From assembly GCA_033581555.1 (NCBI GenBank), contig JAVQSZ010000002.1, positions 64,001 to 128,000 of the forward strand: DNA of 64,000 bases. The letters are read 5' to 3'. This document shows, piece by piece, positions 28,779 through 38,372 of this stretch. The stretch comes from Nitrososphaerota archaeon. GTDB lineage: Archaea > Thermoproteota > Nitrososphaeria_A > Caldarchaeales > Calditenuaceae. Position 1 is the stretch's first letter, and each line of letters opens with the position of its first letter. The position numbers and the translations under genes are program-made. The notes below the pieces were generated by a model. That model was not told the DNA's origin and did no database searches. It worked only from the letters and a program-made list of their open reading frames with translations.

Positions 28779-30245
28779 GTGAAAGAGATGATCAGAAACC
28801 CAGAAGATTATATAGCGAGCATACAGGACGGCAGGGAAGTCTATTACATGGGTAAGAGGGTTAGCGACATCGCCGGCCACCCGTCCCTCAGGATCCCGCT
28901 CCATCACGCAAAAAGGATGTACGAACTGAGGAGCGACCCAGCCTACAGGGCTACACTCGTCTACGAGGACGAGAGGTTCGGTCCCGTCAGCTCCTTCTTC
29001 AAGGTACCTAGGAGTGAGCAGGACCTAGTGGAACGCGCAGAGACGATCGGTGCCCTCACGAGGGCCTGCAACGGGATATTCAACATCACGCAGGCGATAG
29101 GAAGCGACGCCCTGTTCGCGCTGATGATAATCACGAAGAGGCTGGAGAAGGAGCAGGGCAAGGGCGAATACCACGAGAGGCTGATGAGGTATTACGAGCA
29201 CGTCGTGACCCGGGACTTGGCGCTAGCGACGGCCCAGATGGACGTCAAGGGGGATCGGTCCAAGAGGCCCCACGAGCAGCCCGACCCCGACCTCTACCTA
29301 CGGGTCGTGGAGGTGAGCGAGGGCGGAATCGTGGTCTGCGGTGCCAAGGCCCACACGACCCAGAGCGTAGTCGCCGACGAGCTGTTCTTCATCCCCAGCA
29401 GGGCAATGACCGAGAAGGACCAAGACTACTCCGTTGCCTTCGCGATCCCCGCAAACGCGAAGGGCCTCAAGTTCATCGTGAGGCCCCTGTTGGAGTTCGA
29501 CGGTTACGCGGAGAAGGAGGACGCCCCGCTCAGCTCGTCGAACCTCGAGGCCGAGACGCTCACGGTCCTTGACCACGTCTTCGTCCCATGGGACCGGGTC
29601 TTCCTCTTCAAGGAGTGGAGGTTAGCCGGCGAGCTCGCGAACCTATTCGCAACCTACCACAGGTATACGGCGGTCAGTTACCGGTCCGTCCTGGTCGACC
29701 TCTTCTTAGGCGCGGCGAGGCTGGCGGCCGCTTGCAACGGCATCGAGAACGCGCCGCACGTCAGGGACGACATCTTGGACATAGTCCTCTACAAGGAGAT
29801 CATGCGCATGGCCACGAGGATGGCCGCGTTGAAGGCGATCCGCGACCCCGAAACGGGGATCCTCGTGCCGAACCCCGTCTACACAAACATCGGCAAGCTG
29901 TACTCGAACGCCTTCTTCCCAGTCGTGATCAAGAACCTGATCGACATAGCTGGAGGACTCGTCTCCACCCTTCCCTCGACCGCAGAGCTCAAGAACCCGG
30001 CCACTGGGCACTACATAGAGAAGTTCATGCAGGGCAGTCCGAAGTTCAGCGGGCTGGATCGATTCAAAGTCATGAGACTCGTGCGGGAGCTGGCTGGAGG
30101 GCCCCTGACCGGATACCTGTTAGGCGCCATGATACACGCGGAGGGATCCGTCGCCGCCAGCAAGATCGCGCTCTACAGGGACTACGACTTCGCCGAGGCC
30201 GAGAGGCTCGCCATGAAGGTAGCGGGGCTGAGCGAGGGAGAGTGA
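28779..30245 (+). CDS. 4-hydroxyphenylacetate 3-hydroxylase / 4-hydroxybutyryl-CoA dehydratase family protein lacking the Fe-S cysteines
   Basis: QMDVKGDRSKRP, DPDLYLRVV, GAKAHTT, VFVPWDRVF, YHR, HAEGS. Confidence 0.85.
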   Translation: MKEMIRNPEDYIASIQDGREVYYMGKRVSDIAGHPSLRIPLHHAKRMYELRSDPAYRATLVYEDERFGPVSSFFKVPRSEQDLVERAETIGALTRACNGIFNITQAIGSDALFALMIITKRLEKEQGKGEYHERLMRYYEHVVTRDLALATAQMDVKGDRSKRPHEQPDPDLYLRVVEVSEGGIVVCGAKAHTTQSVVADELFFIPSRAMTEKDQDYSVAFAIPANAKGLKFIVRPLLEFDGYAEKEDAPLSSSNLEAETLTVLDHVFVPWDRVFLFKEWRLAGELANLFATYHRYTAVSYRSVLVDLFLGAARLAAACNGIENAPHVRDDILDIVLYKEIMRMATRMAALKAIRDPETGILVPNPVYTNIGKLYSNAFFPVVIKNLIDIAGGLVSTLPSTAELKNPATGHYIEKFMQGSPKFSGLDRFKVMRLVRELAGGPLTGYLLGAMIHAEGSVAASKIALYRDYDFAEAERLAMKVAGLSEGE

Positions 30246-30348
30246 GTCACCCGATAGTCCGAAGGCGAACTCGAGCTCCGAACTTCGGCGATCACAAGCC
30301 CCCTTTTCGCTTAACCGGAGCGAAATCGACCTCTGACCGACAGCTCGG

Positions 30349-31245
30349 TCAACGTGTGAAAGTCTGATGAGATACCTCGTAACGCGAGTACTTGATCATC
30401 CCGAGTCCCGCTGTCCTCTCGTCGCCGACGTTGAAGAGTTCCCCCAGCTTGAGAAGCGCATCGGTGAACCTCATGAAGGTCTCGGACATCAGCGAGTCTG
30501 AGGGTATTACGTAGTGGACCCTCCCCAAGAATCCGATGCTCGCCCCACCCCGTTTCAATGAGACAGTCTTTATGCCCTTCGGATAGCCAGAGCACGCAAC
30601 CCCCCCGGCCTTCAGCCACCTCCTGTACGCCTCATTAGGAACTGGCGTCTCGCCGAGGTTGGCAACCCAGAAGTTAAGGAGGCTCACCAACAGCCTCTCA
30701 GGATCGGGGAACATCACGTTGCGCGGAGGAGCCAGCCACACTCGATCACCGCTTAGGCCCAGCAGATCGGACACGTCCCTCGGCGGCGCGGTAAACCTTG
30801 TGGGTGTGATGAAGCGTACCGCGAATCTGTTCACCGGGACTGACCTCTTCCAGAGCTCTCGAAGTTCTATCAATCTGAAGTCGATGGCCTCAACTTTGCA
30901 CTCAGTTCCGTTGAATGAGACCTTGTTGAGCGCCATTATTCCTTTGCTGAGCGCTCCACTGAGTCGTTCACCGAGAGCAGTTACGTTGAAGTAGAAAATC
31001 TTCTCAGGAAGTAAATACCTGTACACGGGCTCCGCAGTTGCTGCATCGATCACCGGCGTGACAGAGTAGGGCGCCGGCTTATTTGTTGAGTGAATCTCGT
31101 CAGCCAAGCTACCGTCAACCGAGGACAATATATTGTAAAATAATCCCTGTACCGCGTATCCACTGTAATCTGAGAAAGTGATCGGCGCTCTGGTTTTGAA
31201 CGAGATAGTGAACCTCGCGCACAATTCTTGGGAGTCGTATTTCAT
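30349..31245 (-). CDS. cas6: CRISPR-associated endoribonuclease Cas6
   Basis: H...PAPYSVTP, FITPTRF, FPDPERL, C-terminal G-rich loop GELFNVGDERTAGLG. Confidence 0.9.
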   Translation of the reverse strand: MKYDSQELCARFTISFKTRAPITFSDYSGYAVQGLFYNILSSVDGSLADEIHSTNKPAPYSVTPVIDAATAEPVYRYLLPEKIFYFNVTALGERLSGALSKGIMALNKVSFNGTECKVEAIDFRLIELRELWKRSVPVNRFAVRFITPTRFTAPPRDVSDLLGLSGDRVWLAPPRNVMFPDPERLLVSLLNFWVANLGETPVPNEAYRRWLKAGGVACSGYPKGIKTVSLKRGGASIGFLGRVHYVIPSDSLMSETFMRFTDALLKLGELFNVGDERTAGLGMIKYSRYEVSHQTFTR

Positions 31246-32375
31246 ATCGCTCTGCTGAGTTTCCTTGCGATTCTCAGACTTCTCCTCTGAAGCATGTACA
31301 AATTGAAATCCTTGTCGCCTCTGTTAGGAAGTTTGTTCGTGTCCATCAACACCCAACGCATGAACTCCCTGTCAACCGTGTATACGAACTCCTCATAAGG
31401 CTTGAGACCGTGTATGACCTCATAGAGGAGAACAGAATATCTGATCGCTGCGGCCCTCTCGGAGCCGCTGTTAGTCGCGTCCAGCGCCACCTCGAGGAGC
31501 CCATGGAAGTCGTCCGCCACCCCGTTACCGTCTATGATACCGCATCTTCTCAGCTCTGCGTAGGTCCGATCGAGTCTCATGGTCATCGAAGTGAAGATCG
31601 ATGCTGGTGCGCTCCCCCCGGGCTCTCTAATCGCGTATACGGATACGCTCGTCGAGCGCATGAGGCTCGCCATCAGTAGGTGGAGTGCCGACTCGGGGAA
31701 GAGTCCCGCCAAACGTCCCTTTCTCTTACCTACATAAGTGCTTAGGTCCTTGTAGCCGGTTTGATGCGAAATAATGCGCTCCGCGTTGATGGTGAAGCCC
31801 CTCTCCGTCGAGGACGTCAGCGGGGTCACCACGACCGTAACGTAGTCGTTCACTCCTACCAACGTCCTGCCTACCGCGCATCCGAGGTAACCGCATAACG
31901 CGAGCGCTATCGAAGATAATGGGTATTTTTTGCTTTTAATGAGGCCAGCCGTAGAATAGCCTGGAACCCTGTTGTGTTCATAGAACTCAGGCTTGAGTAT
32001 TTCTATCAGTCTAAAATTTTCATTCGAGGACACGACGGAACGCAAATTGTCCTTCACCAGCTTCAAGAAAGAAAGGGCGTCTATCCCTTCATCTCGCTTT
32101 CCGAGTTCTCGCAATATCTCTACCATCACTTTCTTATCGTTCCCACTCATCGGCAGCCTGAGAGAGACCCCCTTACTCACCGATGCTTGCTTCTCTTCCA
32201 GAAGTTGTTCCACTGCTTCTAATGCGTTTTCTAAGGCCTTTACAGGTCTAGGACCGTCTACGATTATTTCCGTAGGCGTTACGGTTATTCTGTACGCAGG
32301 GTCTAAATGGAACAATAATCCGAGTAGACAATCAGTAGCGAATTTGGGGAGAAGCTTTATTGTAAGCGTAGGCAC
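31242..32375 (-). CDS. cas8a: Type I-A large subunit Cas8a (Csa4-like)
   Basis: Position between cas3'' and cas6 in a I-A operon; SGNDK and KPEFYE motifs; 377 aa. Confidence 0.7.
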   Translation of the reverse strand: MPTLTIKLLPKFATDCLLGLLFHLDPAYRITVTPTEIIVDGPRPVKALENALEAVEQLLEEKQASVSKGVSLRLPMSGNDKKVMVEILRELGKRDEGIDALSFLKLVKDNLRSVVSSNENFRLIEILKPEFYEHNRVPGYSTAGLIKSKKYPLSSIALALCGYLGCAVGRTLVGVNDYVTVVVTPLTSSTERGFTINAERIISHQTGYKDLSTYVGKRKGRLAGLFPESALHLLMASLMRSTSVSVYAIREPGGSAPASIFTSMTMRLDRTYAELRRCGIIDGNGVADDFHGLLEVALDATNSGSERAAAIRYSVLLYEVIHGLKPYEEFVYTVDREFMRWVLMDTNKLPNRGDKDFNLYMLQRRSLRIARKLSRAI

Positions 32376-33193
32376 TAAACTTCACCTCCTAATGCGCTCT
32401 TCAGCTCCTCGATGAATTGAGTACGACTAGATGTCGATTCGTCGCTCCGCCTGCTCTCGGAAGCATCTAGGTTGTCTCCTATCAATATCGGTAAGAGAAT
32501 CAAAACATACCCCTTCAGCTTCTTTCTCCTGGTAGAATCTTCTTCAAAATTCGATATGCTTTTCATCAGCTCTACGACTTCCTCAAAAGATATCTTCTCA
32601 GCTAGCGCTTCGTGAACGTGATAGGTCTCTATCCCCGTTCGTCTAGATATGTAATCGGACAAGTTGGAGAGATATTCTCTCTTGATATATCCACCGGTTT
32701 TTATCAAGTGGATAAACTTGTCGCGAATTTCTCTGTGCTCGCCGCTAAGATAAGTCACATCGAACGTGAAAGCCTCTTTGAAGTTATCGAAAGTCCTACC
32801 CATGGCGTGCAGATGATCCAAAACAGCGAGAACAGTCAAGTGTGTGAGATCGCTCTTCTCTCCTAAACTGTCAAAAACTCTCTTAAGGTATACAGCTGAA
32901 AACACCTCATGTAGGTAGAAGCCAGACGCCCTTCCCTCTATAGGGGTGCAATCGTCTTCGTAATTGACTTGGTATGCTTCGATAGCCTTTCCTACGTCAT
33001 GAAACACGCCGGCGATCATAATACTCTGCTTGATCTCCTCGGGCGAGGTCCCTATACCTAAGACTCTGAGGCGTCCCGAAACAGTCTCGTGGTAGCCGTT
33101 ATCGATTATCTTCTCAACATATTTCAGGACTCCTTCGGTGTGTCGTATCAGCGATTGACCTCTATAAGCACACGGCTTGCAGTCGGTCACCAC
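32375..33193 (-). CDS. cas3'': CRISPR-associated HD nuclease Cas3''
   Basis: LIRH, FHDVGKA, HEVFSA, DHLHAM, GDNLDA. Confidence 0.9.
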   Translation of the reverse strand: MVTDCKPCAYRGQSLIRHTEGVLKYVEKIIDNGYHETVSGRLRVLGIGTSPEEIKQSIMIAGVFHDVGKAIEAYQVNYEDDCTPIEGRASGFYLHEVFSAVYLKRVFDSLGEKSDLTHLTVLAVLDHLHAMGRTFDNFKEAFTFDVTYLSGEHREIRDKFIHLIKTGGYIKREYLSNLSDYISRRTGIETYHVHEALAEKISFEEVVELMKSISNFEEDSTRRKKLKGYVLILLPILIGDNLDASESRRSDESTSSRTQFIEELKSALGGEV

Positions 33194-34842
33194 TGCATAC
33201 CTACCTCCTCATCATAGCCTTCTAAAATTACCGCTGCTATGTTATTCATCACGAATTGCTTCGATAGGCAGTCCGCTCTCGATGACAGTCTGATGTCTTT
33301 ACGCCGCACAATTTCCTTTGACTCGGTGACGAACTCCTTGATCCGCTCGGAGTCGAACAGCCTCCAAAATTCTTCGTCTCCTATCGTGAATATTAGATTA
33401 ATTCGCTCCTGAGGGTTCTTTACGAAGGTATCCGCGTATGCTCTGGGAACGACCGGAATCATCTCTCCCTCACGAACGAACCCACAATAAGCCTCCCACA
33501 CTTTTACAGCAACCCTTGCAGAGAGGGATGGATAAAAGTCCACCAGCCTCAGCTGATAGAGCAGGCTCCTGTCTACGAGCCGGGTTTCAACGTAATCGTC
33601 ATAAACCTCGAGTAGTGCGGTAGACAACTCTCTCATCCCCAGGAGCTTTCGAAGGGTCTTCTCAACCAGCTCTTCGGCGTACACACTCTTTCCGCCCTCG
33701 CTCAGTGGATATATGAGCACCTTACCAGATCCGCCTTTCCTCGCTACTCTACCGGCCCTCTGAATGAGCGAGTCTGGTGGAGCGGCCTCGGTTATCAGAG
33801 CGTCGAAGCTCATGTCTACGCCCGCTTCAAAAATCTGTGTGGCTACAACAACGCACGGCCCTCTCTCTACTTCGGAAAGCCTCCGTCTTCTCTCGGCCTC
33901 AATCATCTTCGCGTGAAGTATTACAGGCTTGATCCCTTCCTTCTGCAAGGACCTGTAAATCTCAATCGCGTTTCTTACCGTATTGGCGATAACTAATACG
34001 CGGCTGAACCTCCTCGCGGCTTCAACTATCTGACTTAATTTATCCTCTTCTCCCACTATTTCTACATCGATCTGTCTTTTAACAAATCCAAGATCAGATT
34101 GTGAAGGCATTATCTCTTTTATGAGTGAATCCTCTAACACTCTTTCGACCTCTTCTTTTATTTTGTTTTTAATTAGTTGAGGCATCGTCGCTGTAGATAT
34201 TATAACGGGAACTCCCATTTCTAGTAAGCCTATTATGCTTGTAATCGCAGAAGTTAACATTTTGCTTCGCCCATTCACAATAGAATTCGAGCTTACAAAG
34301 AGGTGAAATTCATCGAAGACTACTGTCGCGGAGTAAATGCAGCCCCTAGGCACCTCATAGTGAGCGTAGCCCTTAGTAAAGAGTTTCTTTAATTCTACCG
34401 GAGGGATCTTATATAATGAAGAGACGAACGTATCGAGGGTTGTGATGACGAACCTCTTACATAACATAGGACTTCCCGGAGAGCTCATCTGTTGAAGGCC
34501 TACTTCATCCCCAGCCAGTGGAAGCCCGGTTTCACTCAATCTCCCCACATAATCCCGCATCCTCTTCAGCATGTGTGTCCCTATCGAGCGCATAGGTAGG
34601 ACGTGTATCACCCTCTGCCCTAAGTCAGCCCTCCCTTGTTTAATTGCGGCGTAAATGGTGAGAGAGAGGGTACTCTTGCCGTAGCCCGTTGGGGCCTCAA
34701 GAAAGATAAGAGTCCTCGACTCCTCTCTTACCCCCTCTTCAAGGGCTGAGAGGGTCTTTTCTAACAAGGGCCTCGCGTCTCCGTTGAAGAGTTTGCGGCT
34801 GATGTCCTGATAGACCTCACTCAAAGACTGCGAGCCCATCAT
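33187..34842 (-). CDS. cas3': CRISPR-associated helicase Cas3'
   Basis: APTGYGKS, DEFH, STAT, NTV, ATQIFEAGVD, QRAGRVAR; HD domain encoded separately. Confidence 0.93.
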   Translation of the reverse strand: MMGSQSLSEVYQDISRKLFNGDARPLLEKTLSALEEGVREESRTLIFLEAPTGYGKSTLSLTIYAAIKQGRADLGQRVIHVLPMRSIGTHMLKRMRDYVGRLSETGLPLAGDEVGLQQMSSPGSPMLCKRFVITTLDTFVSSLYKIPPVELKKLFTKGYAHYEVPRGCIYSATVVFDEFHLFVSSNSIVNGRSKMLTSAITSIIGLLEMGVPVIISTATMPQLIKNKIKEEVERVLEDSLIKEIMPSQSDLGFVKRQIDVEIVGEEDKLSQIVEAARRFSRVLVIANTVRNAIEIYRSLQKEGIKPVILHAKMIEAERRRRLSEVERGPCVVVATQIFEAGVDMSFDALITEAAPPDSLIQRAGRVARKGGSGKVLIYPLSEGGKSVYAEELVEKTLRKLLGMRELSTALLEVYDDYVETRLVDRSLLYQLRLVDFYPSLSARVAVKVWEAYCGFVREGEMIPVVPRAYADTFVKNPQERINLIFTIGDEEFWRLFDSERIKEFVTESKEIVRRKDIRLSSRADCLSKQFVMNNIAAVILEGYDEEVGMQW

Positions 34843-35650
34843 CCCCCACCCTGTAAGCATCGTGCCTCTCAGCCAACTTGATCCTCATCCAGCAGCTCGA
34901 GACCGGGTCCCTACTGCCCGGGATGATGTATTCTTCCGTCTCAGGCTCACCGACCCATCGGTAGTCAAGCGCCCAGAAGGACTCCGTATAAACACCTGAT
35001 AGGGCGTACGGTCCGCCTCCGTATTCTAAGACGTCTTCCACCAGCCTCTTAGGGTGGTAGAAACGGGTTCTATACTCCCGTCCGATCATTACGGCCTTCC
35101 TGAGGTCTGCCTGCTCGACCGAGACGATGCCCTCTTTTGAGCCGAGAGCTGTAATCGAGTTAGCCGCCACGAGTAGCTTGTGCTCCCAGTCTTTCCCGAG
35201 CTTCTCCTCAGCTAGCTCCTCCTTGACGAGCAGGCCTAACGTTAACAATCCCGAGGGCATGTAGATTTTACCCGTGGGAACGACGTTGAACCTGTACAGT
35301 GGGTCCCCCCGCCTACTGGGCCTCTGGAACTGCAGGATTTGATATCTCACTATGTCCTCCCAGTATTTTCCGACGCGTTTCTCTCCGCCTTCCTCTTCCA
35401 CGAAGAACGCAGATGCCGAAGCGAAGATGTCCTTATAGAGTTCTGCGCTCGATCCAATCACCGCCTTCCCCATCTGTGATACGGTGATAAGTTCTCCTGT
35501 CTTGCCCATCACGCACAATGGCTTTGATATCGCTCCGATGATCGTTGTTGGTGGGGGAGGTGAGGAGTAGGCGTGCTGGACTTTCGATACTAGGGGGGTC
35601 TTGACGCTGAAACCCCAACATAGTCTGAGATCGATCGTCAAGCTCATCAT
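34817..35650 (-). CDS. cas5a: Type I-A Cas5a
   Basis: WGFSVKTP, PPPTTIIGA, GKIYMP, LGSKEGIVSV. Confidence 0.9.
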   Translation of the reverse strand: MMSLTIDLRLCWGFSVKTPLVSKVQHAYSSPPPPTTIIGAISKPLCVMGKTGELITVSQMGKAVIGSSAELYKDIFASASAFFVEEEGGEKRVGKYWEDIVRYQILQFQRPSRRGDPLYRFNVVPTGKIYMPSGLLTLGLLVKEELAEEKLGKDWEHKLLVAANSITALGSKEGIVSVEQADLRKAVMIGREYRTRFYHPKRLVEDVLEYGGGPYALSGVYTESFWALDYRWVGEPETEEYIIPGSRDPVSSCWMRIKLAERHDAYRVGDDGLAVFE

Positions 35651-35660
35651 GGTTGATCTA

Positions 35661-36683
35661 CTATTTGCCTTGTGTGACCAGATTCATGATGTCTTCGAAA
35701 ACGTCCTCGAGCGTTTCGTGTTTTGAGACGCCGGCGGGGACGCTCAACCCCTCTCTATTCACGCACCATACTTTGACTTCATGACCTGTTAGCGCCAAGT
35801 ACTTCTGCGCCCTCTTCCACGTCCTCTCAACGTAGTCGGTGTAGTTCCCTGGAGAGACAGTGAAGGAGTCACGAGATAGCGCGAGCACGGAAGACCTAAG
35901 CTCGATGTTGGGGAAGAACCTCGACCTCTTCCCGCCATAGGAGTTGTTGGTAAGCAGCTTCAGGAGCGCGATCAGAGCGGCCTTTCTCCTATTGGGGATC
36001 GAATTGCTTAGTTCTTGTTTTTTCTTCTCCAATTCATCGCGCGCTCCCTTTGGAGTTTCCCCGAAAACGTTAGATGGTACGCCGATTCCTGCTAAGTCGA
36101 GGTTTAGGTTAAGCGTGTATACAGAAGAGGCTATCTCGACGTTATACGGGATCTGACCGAGTTTGGCGTCTTTCCCAGCCTGCGAGAACAGGTAGCGAAC
36201 GTGAAACTCAGCCTCCATCGCGGTGGCGTTAAGCACGTCCTGGATAGCTGGGATCATGTATCCGACCTGAAAGCGGGATGTTCGTTTAACTGGGATATCA
36301 CCAGTGTAAAGGAACCCGCCTACGTCGGCTACAATGTCTTTCAATAGAACGTCTATTTCGAACCTCATGATGTCCTCGTGGCTCTTCGGCGGCTTGACAC
36401 CCTCTTCCGTAAGATAGCTGTCCTCAGAGAACTTGATGAACTCGTTTCTGGATGAGAATACGCCTACAGGCAATTTCATAGATTTCGCTACGTCGACTAA
36501 CAGAGCCTGATATCCGTGGGCTATTGATTCTCCGGAGACTGCTGGCACGTATTTCAGGGTGTAGCCGTCGTGCTGTGGGATCACCATCGGTACAGTTCGA
36601 TGCCTCGACAGGTTGCCGACGGTCTCGACCGAGTTGAGGGCCTCGACGTTCATCAAGCACCTCAAGGATATGCTGAGGAACAC
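35661..36683 (-). CDS. cas7: Type I-A Cas7 (Csa2)
   Basis: NVEALNSVETVGNLSRHR, VPAVSGESIAHGYQ, DVGGFLY, KRTSRFQVGY, GGKRSRFFP. Confidence 0.95.
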   Translation of the reverse strand: MFLSISLRCLMNVEALNSVETVGNLSRHRTVPMVIPQHDGYTLKYVPAVSGESIAHGYQALLVDVAKSMKLPVGVFSSRNEFIKFSEDSYLTEEGVKPPKSHEDIMRFEIDVLLKDIVADVGGFLYTGDIPVKRTSRFQVGYMIPAIQDVLNATAMEAEFHVRYLFSQAGKDAKLGQIPYNVEIASSVYTLNLNLDLAGIGVPSNVFGETPKGARDELEKKKQELSNSIPNRRKAALIALLKLLTNNSYGGKRSRFFPNIELRSSVLALSRDSFTVSPGNYTDYVERTWKRAQKYLALTGHEVKVWCVNREGLSVPAGVSKHETLEDVFEDIMNLVTQGK

Positions 36684-36684
36684 C

Positions 36685-37131
36685 TCACTTCACCTCGCCC
36701 TGTTGAGCCGAAGGGGCTCTCAATCTCGACTCCACCAGTATCGCCGAGGCATACGCACCGATCTTCCTGGCAAGCGATGTATCGCTCTGAACCTTATCGA
36801 TGAATTCCCTAACCATCTCGCTGCTGGGGAGGTGTCCCACGATCTGAAAGACACCGATTTCGTCCTGCACCTCGACGACCCGATACTCCCGCCCAGTGGT
36901 CGTTGTCTTAGTGCCAACCCTAAGTCTCCGTTCACTCTCGGATCGCGCTAGCTCGCTGTCTACGAGCCTCAGCGAGTCCCGTATAGTTCGAACCGCGGGC
37001 TCGGGGTTTAGCGCGTTAGCCATCCTGTCGATCATCGAGGGCGAACCGCTCAGAGCAGCAGCTGTAGCCAGGAGGACAGCGATCGGTCTGAACCCTTCTA
37101 GATCATGTTGAGGAGACTTACTCCCTGTCAT
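36685..37131 (-). CDS. csa5: Type I-A small subunit Csa5 (Cas11)
   Basis: IDRMANALNPE...RDSLR, GHLPS; first gene of the I-A operon; ATG at 37131. Confidence 0.8.
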   Translation of the reverse strand: MTGSKSPQHDLEGFRPIAVLLATAAALSGSPSMIDRMANALNPEPAVRTIRDSLRLVDSELARSESERRLRVGTKTTTTGREYRVVEVQDEIGVFQIVGHLPSSEMVREFIDKVQSDTSLARKIGAYASAILVESRLRAPSAQQGEVK

Positions 37132-37180
37132 GCGAGCCAAAAATATACAAGATGGTATATAAGATTTATTCACCCGGAAA

Positions 37181-37192
37181 GGAATGCATTCC
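37181..37192. promoter_or_regulatory. Perfect 12-bp palindrome between the divergent csa5 and csa3 promoters (candidate Csa3 site)
   Basis: GGAATGCATTCC, centred about 55 bp from the csa5 ATG and 60 bp from the csa3 ATG, flanked by TATA-like elements on each strand. Confidence 0.5.
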
Positions 37193-37246
37193 ATCTACTT
37201 GAAACAGATAAAAGCCTTATTACGGCTTAGTGAAACCATAGAGTCG

Positions 37247-37903
37247 ATGATTTTAGCGGTCACGCTGGGCTTCGACGAGAAGTTCGCGGTCAGGGCCGTC
37301 ATTCGGCACTCACACTCACGGCTGACCCGCATCGTGGTGATAACGCCTGCGCTTAGGGCGGATGAACGCACGGAGGCGGCGATTGGATCTCTGAGGGAGT
37401 TCCTGAGGAGATACCTCCAGATCGAGGACGTCGAGAGGGTTGAGGTGAGCGTGGACGACTGTTTCGACGCCGTCGGCGAACTCGTTGGAATGTTCGACTC
37501 GTGGGCAGGAGACGCCGTGACCCTCAACTTAAGCGGCGGAATGAGGCTCCTCGTGATCGAGTGTCTGATCGGCGCGCTGATGAGCAGGACACTTATGACC
37601 ATCGAACTGGAGAGCGAAGACGGTTCGGCTTACTTTAGTTTCGGGAACGATTACTTCGATCCAGCCGTTTTCAACGAAATCGACCATATAGACAAACTGA
37701 TTCTGAAATATCTAACTAACAAATGTTCCGCGTCTTCGTTGTCGAAGTTGTTGGATCTCCCCAAGTCTTCTGCTTGGAGGAGGGTAAGGAAACTTGAGAG
37801 GCTCGGGCTCGTCGAGGTGGAAAGGGTGGGCAGGTCTCTTGCGGTGAGGCCTACCGACAAAGGAAGAGTGCTGAGAAGCATCATGCGCGACCTACACCGC
37901 TAA
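37247..37903 (+). CDS. csa3: CRISPR-associated CARF-wHTH transcriptional regulator Csa3
   Basis: TLGFDEKFAVRA, NLSGGMR CARF motifs; C-terminal wHTH (LPKSSAWRRVRKLERLGLVE...TDKG). Confidence 0.92.
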   Translation: MILAVTLGFDEKFAVRAVIRHSHSRLTRIVVITPALRADERTEAAIGSLREFLRRYLQIEDVERVEVSVDDCFDAVGELVGMFDSWAGDAVTLNLSGGMRLLVIECLIGALMSRTLMTIELESEDGSAYFSFGNDYFDPAVFNEIDHIDKLILKYLTNKCSASSLSKLLDLPKSSAWRRVRKLERLGLVEVERVGRSLAVRPTDKGRVLRSIMRDLHR

Positions 37904-37930
37904 CGCTTAGAGTTGAAGCCGAGCCCCCGC

Positions 37931-38350
37931 TCAATCGAGTTTCTGGACGACGTCGTGAACGATGACGTTGGTCTTGTCGCCGATGCGCGTTATAGTGGCC
38001 TTAGCGATGAAGGCACTCCCGCGTTTGATCAGACCCACAGGGCCGTAGTAGTTAGTGGATTCGAGCCTTGCCATGAACCGGTCGTTGACCTTTACCACCG
38101 CGAACCCCTTGTAAACACGCTCCACCTCGACCTTTAGGAGCCTCCCTCCAGCGAACCTCGACCTCACCGCGGACGATGCGACGTACCTGCCCCTCACTTT
38201 CACCACCCTCCTCGACCTCATTAAGCCCCTGAGGACTGACCGGGCCCTAGAGGGCTCGAGTTCGAGCTCCTGCGCGACGTCCTCCAGCGTCATCCCTGCC
38301 CTGCCTGCGGTCAGGAGAAGCATGTACACCTCCTTCGTAAGGGAGGTCAT
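37931..38350 (-). CDS. Uncharacterised winged-HTH plus OB-like beta-domain protein
   Basis: GMTLEDVAQELELEPSRARSVLRGL...GRY wHTH, followed by beta-rich VEVERVYKGFAVVKVN. Confidence 0.65.
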   Translation of the reverse strand: MTSLTKEVYMLLLTAGRAGMTLEDVAQELELEPSRARSVLRGLMRSRRVVKVRGRYVASSAVRSRFAGGRLLKVEVERVYKGFAVVKVNDRFMARLESTNYYGPVGLIKRGSAFIAKATITRIGDKTNVIVHDVVQKLD

Positions 38351-38372
38351 CTCTCAACAAGTGGACTAGTCG

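Noticed and set aside
28779-30245. Marker for autotrophic 4-hydroxybutyrate cycles
   Set aside because: The Fe-S-ligating cysteines are absent.
37196-37236. Two TGAAAC words resembling CRISPR repeat 3' ends (possible mini-array or CreA/CreR-like RNA)
   Set aside because: They are only 31 bp apart with no further shared repeat sequence, and they lie within promoter DNA.
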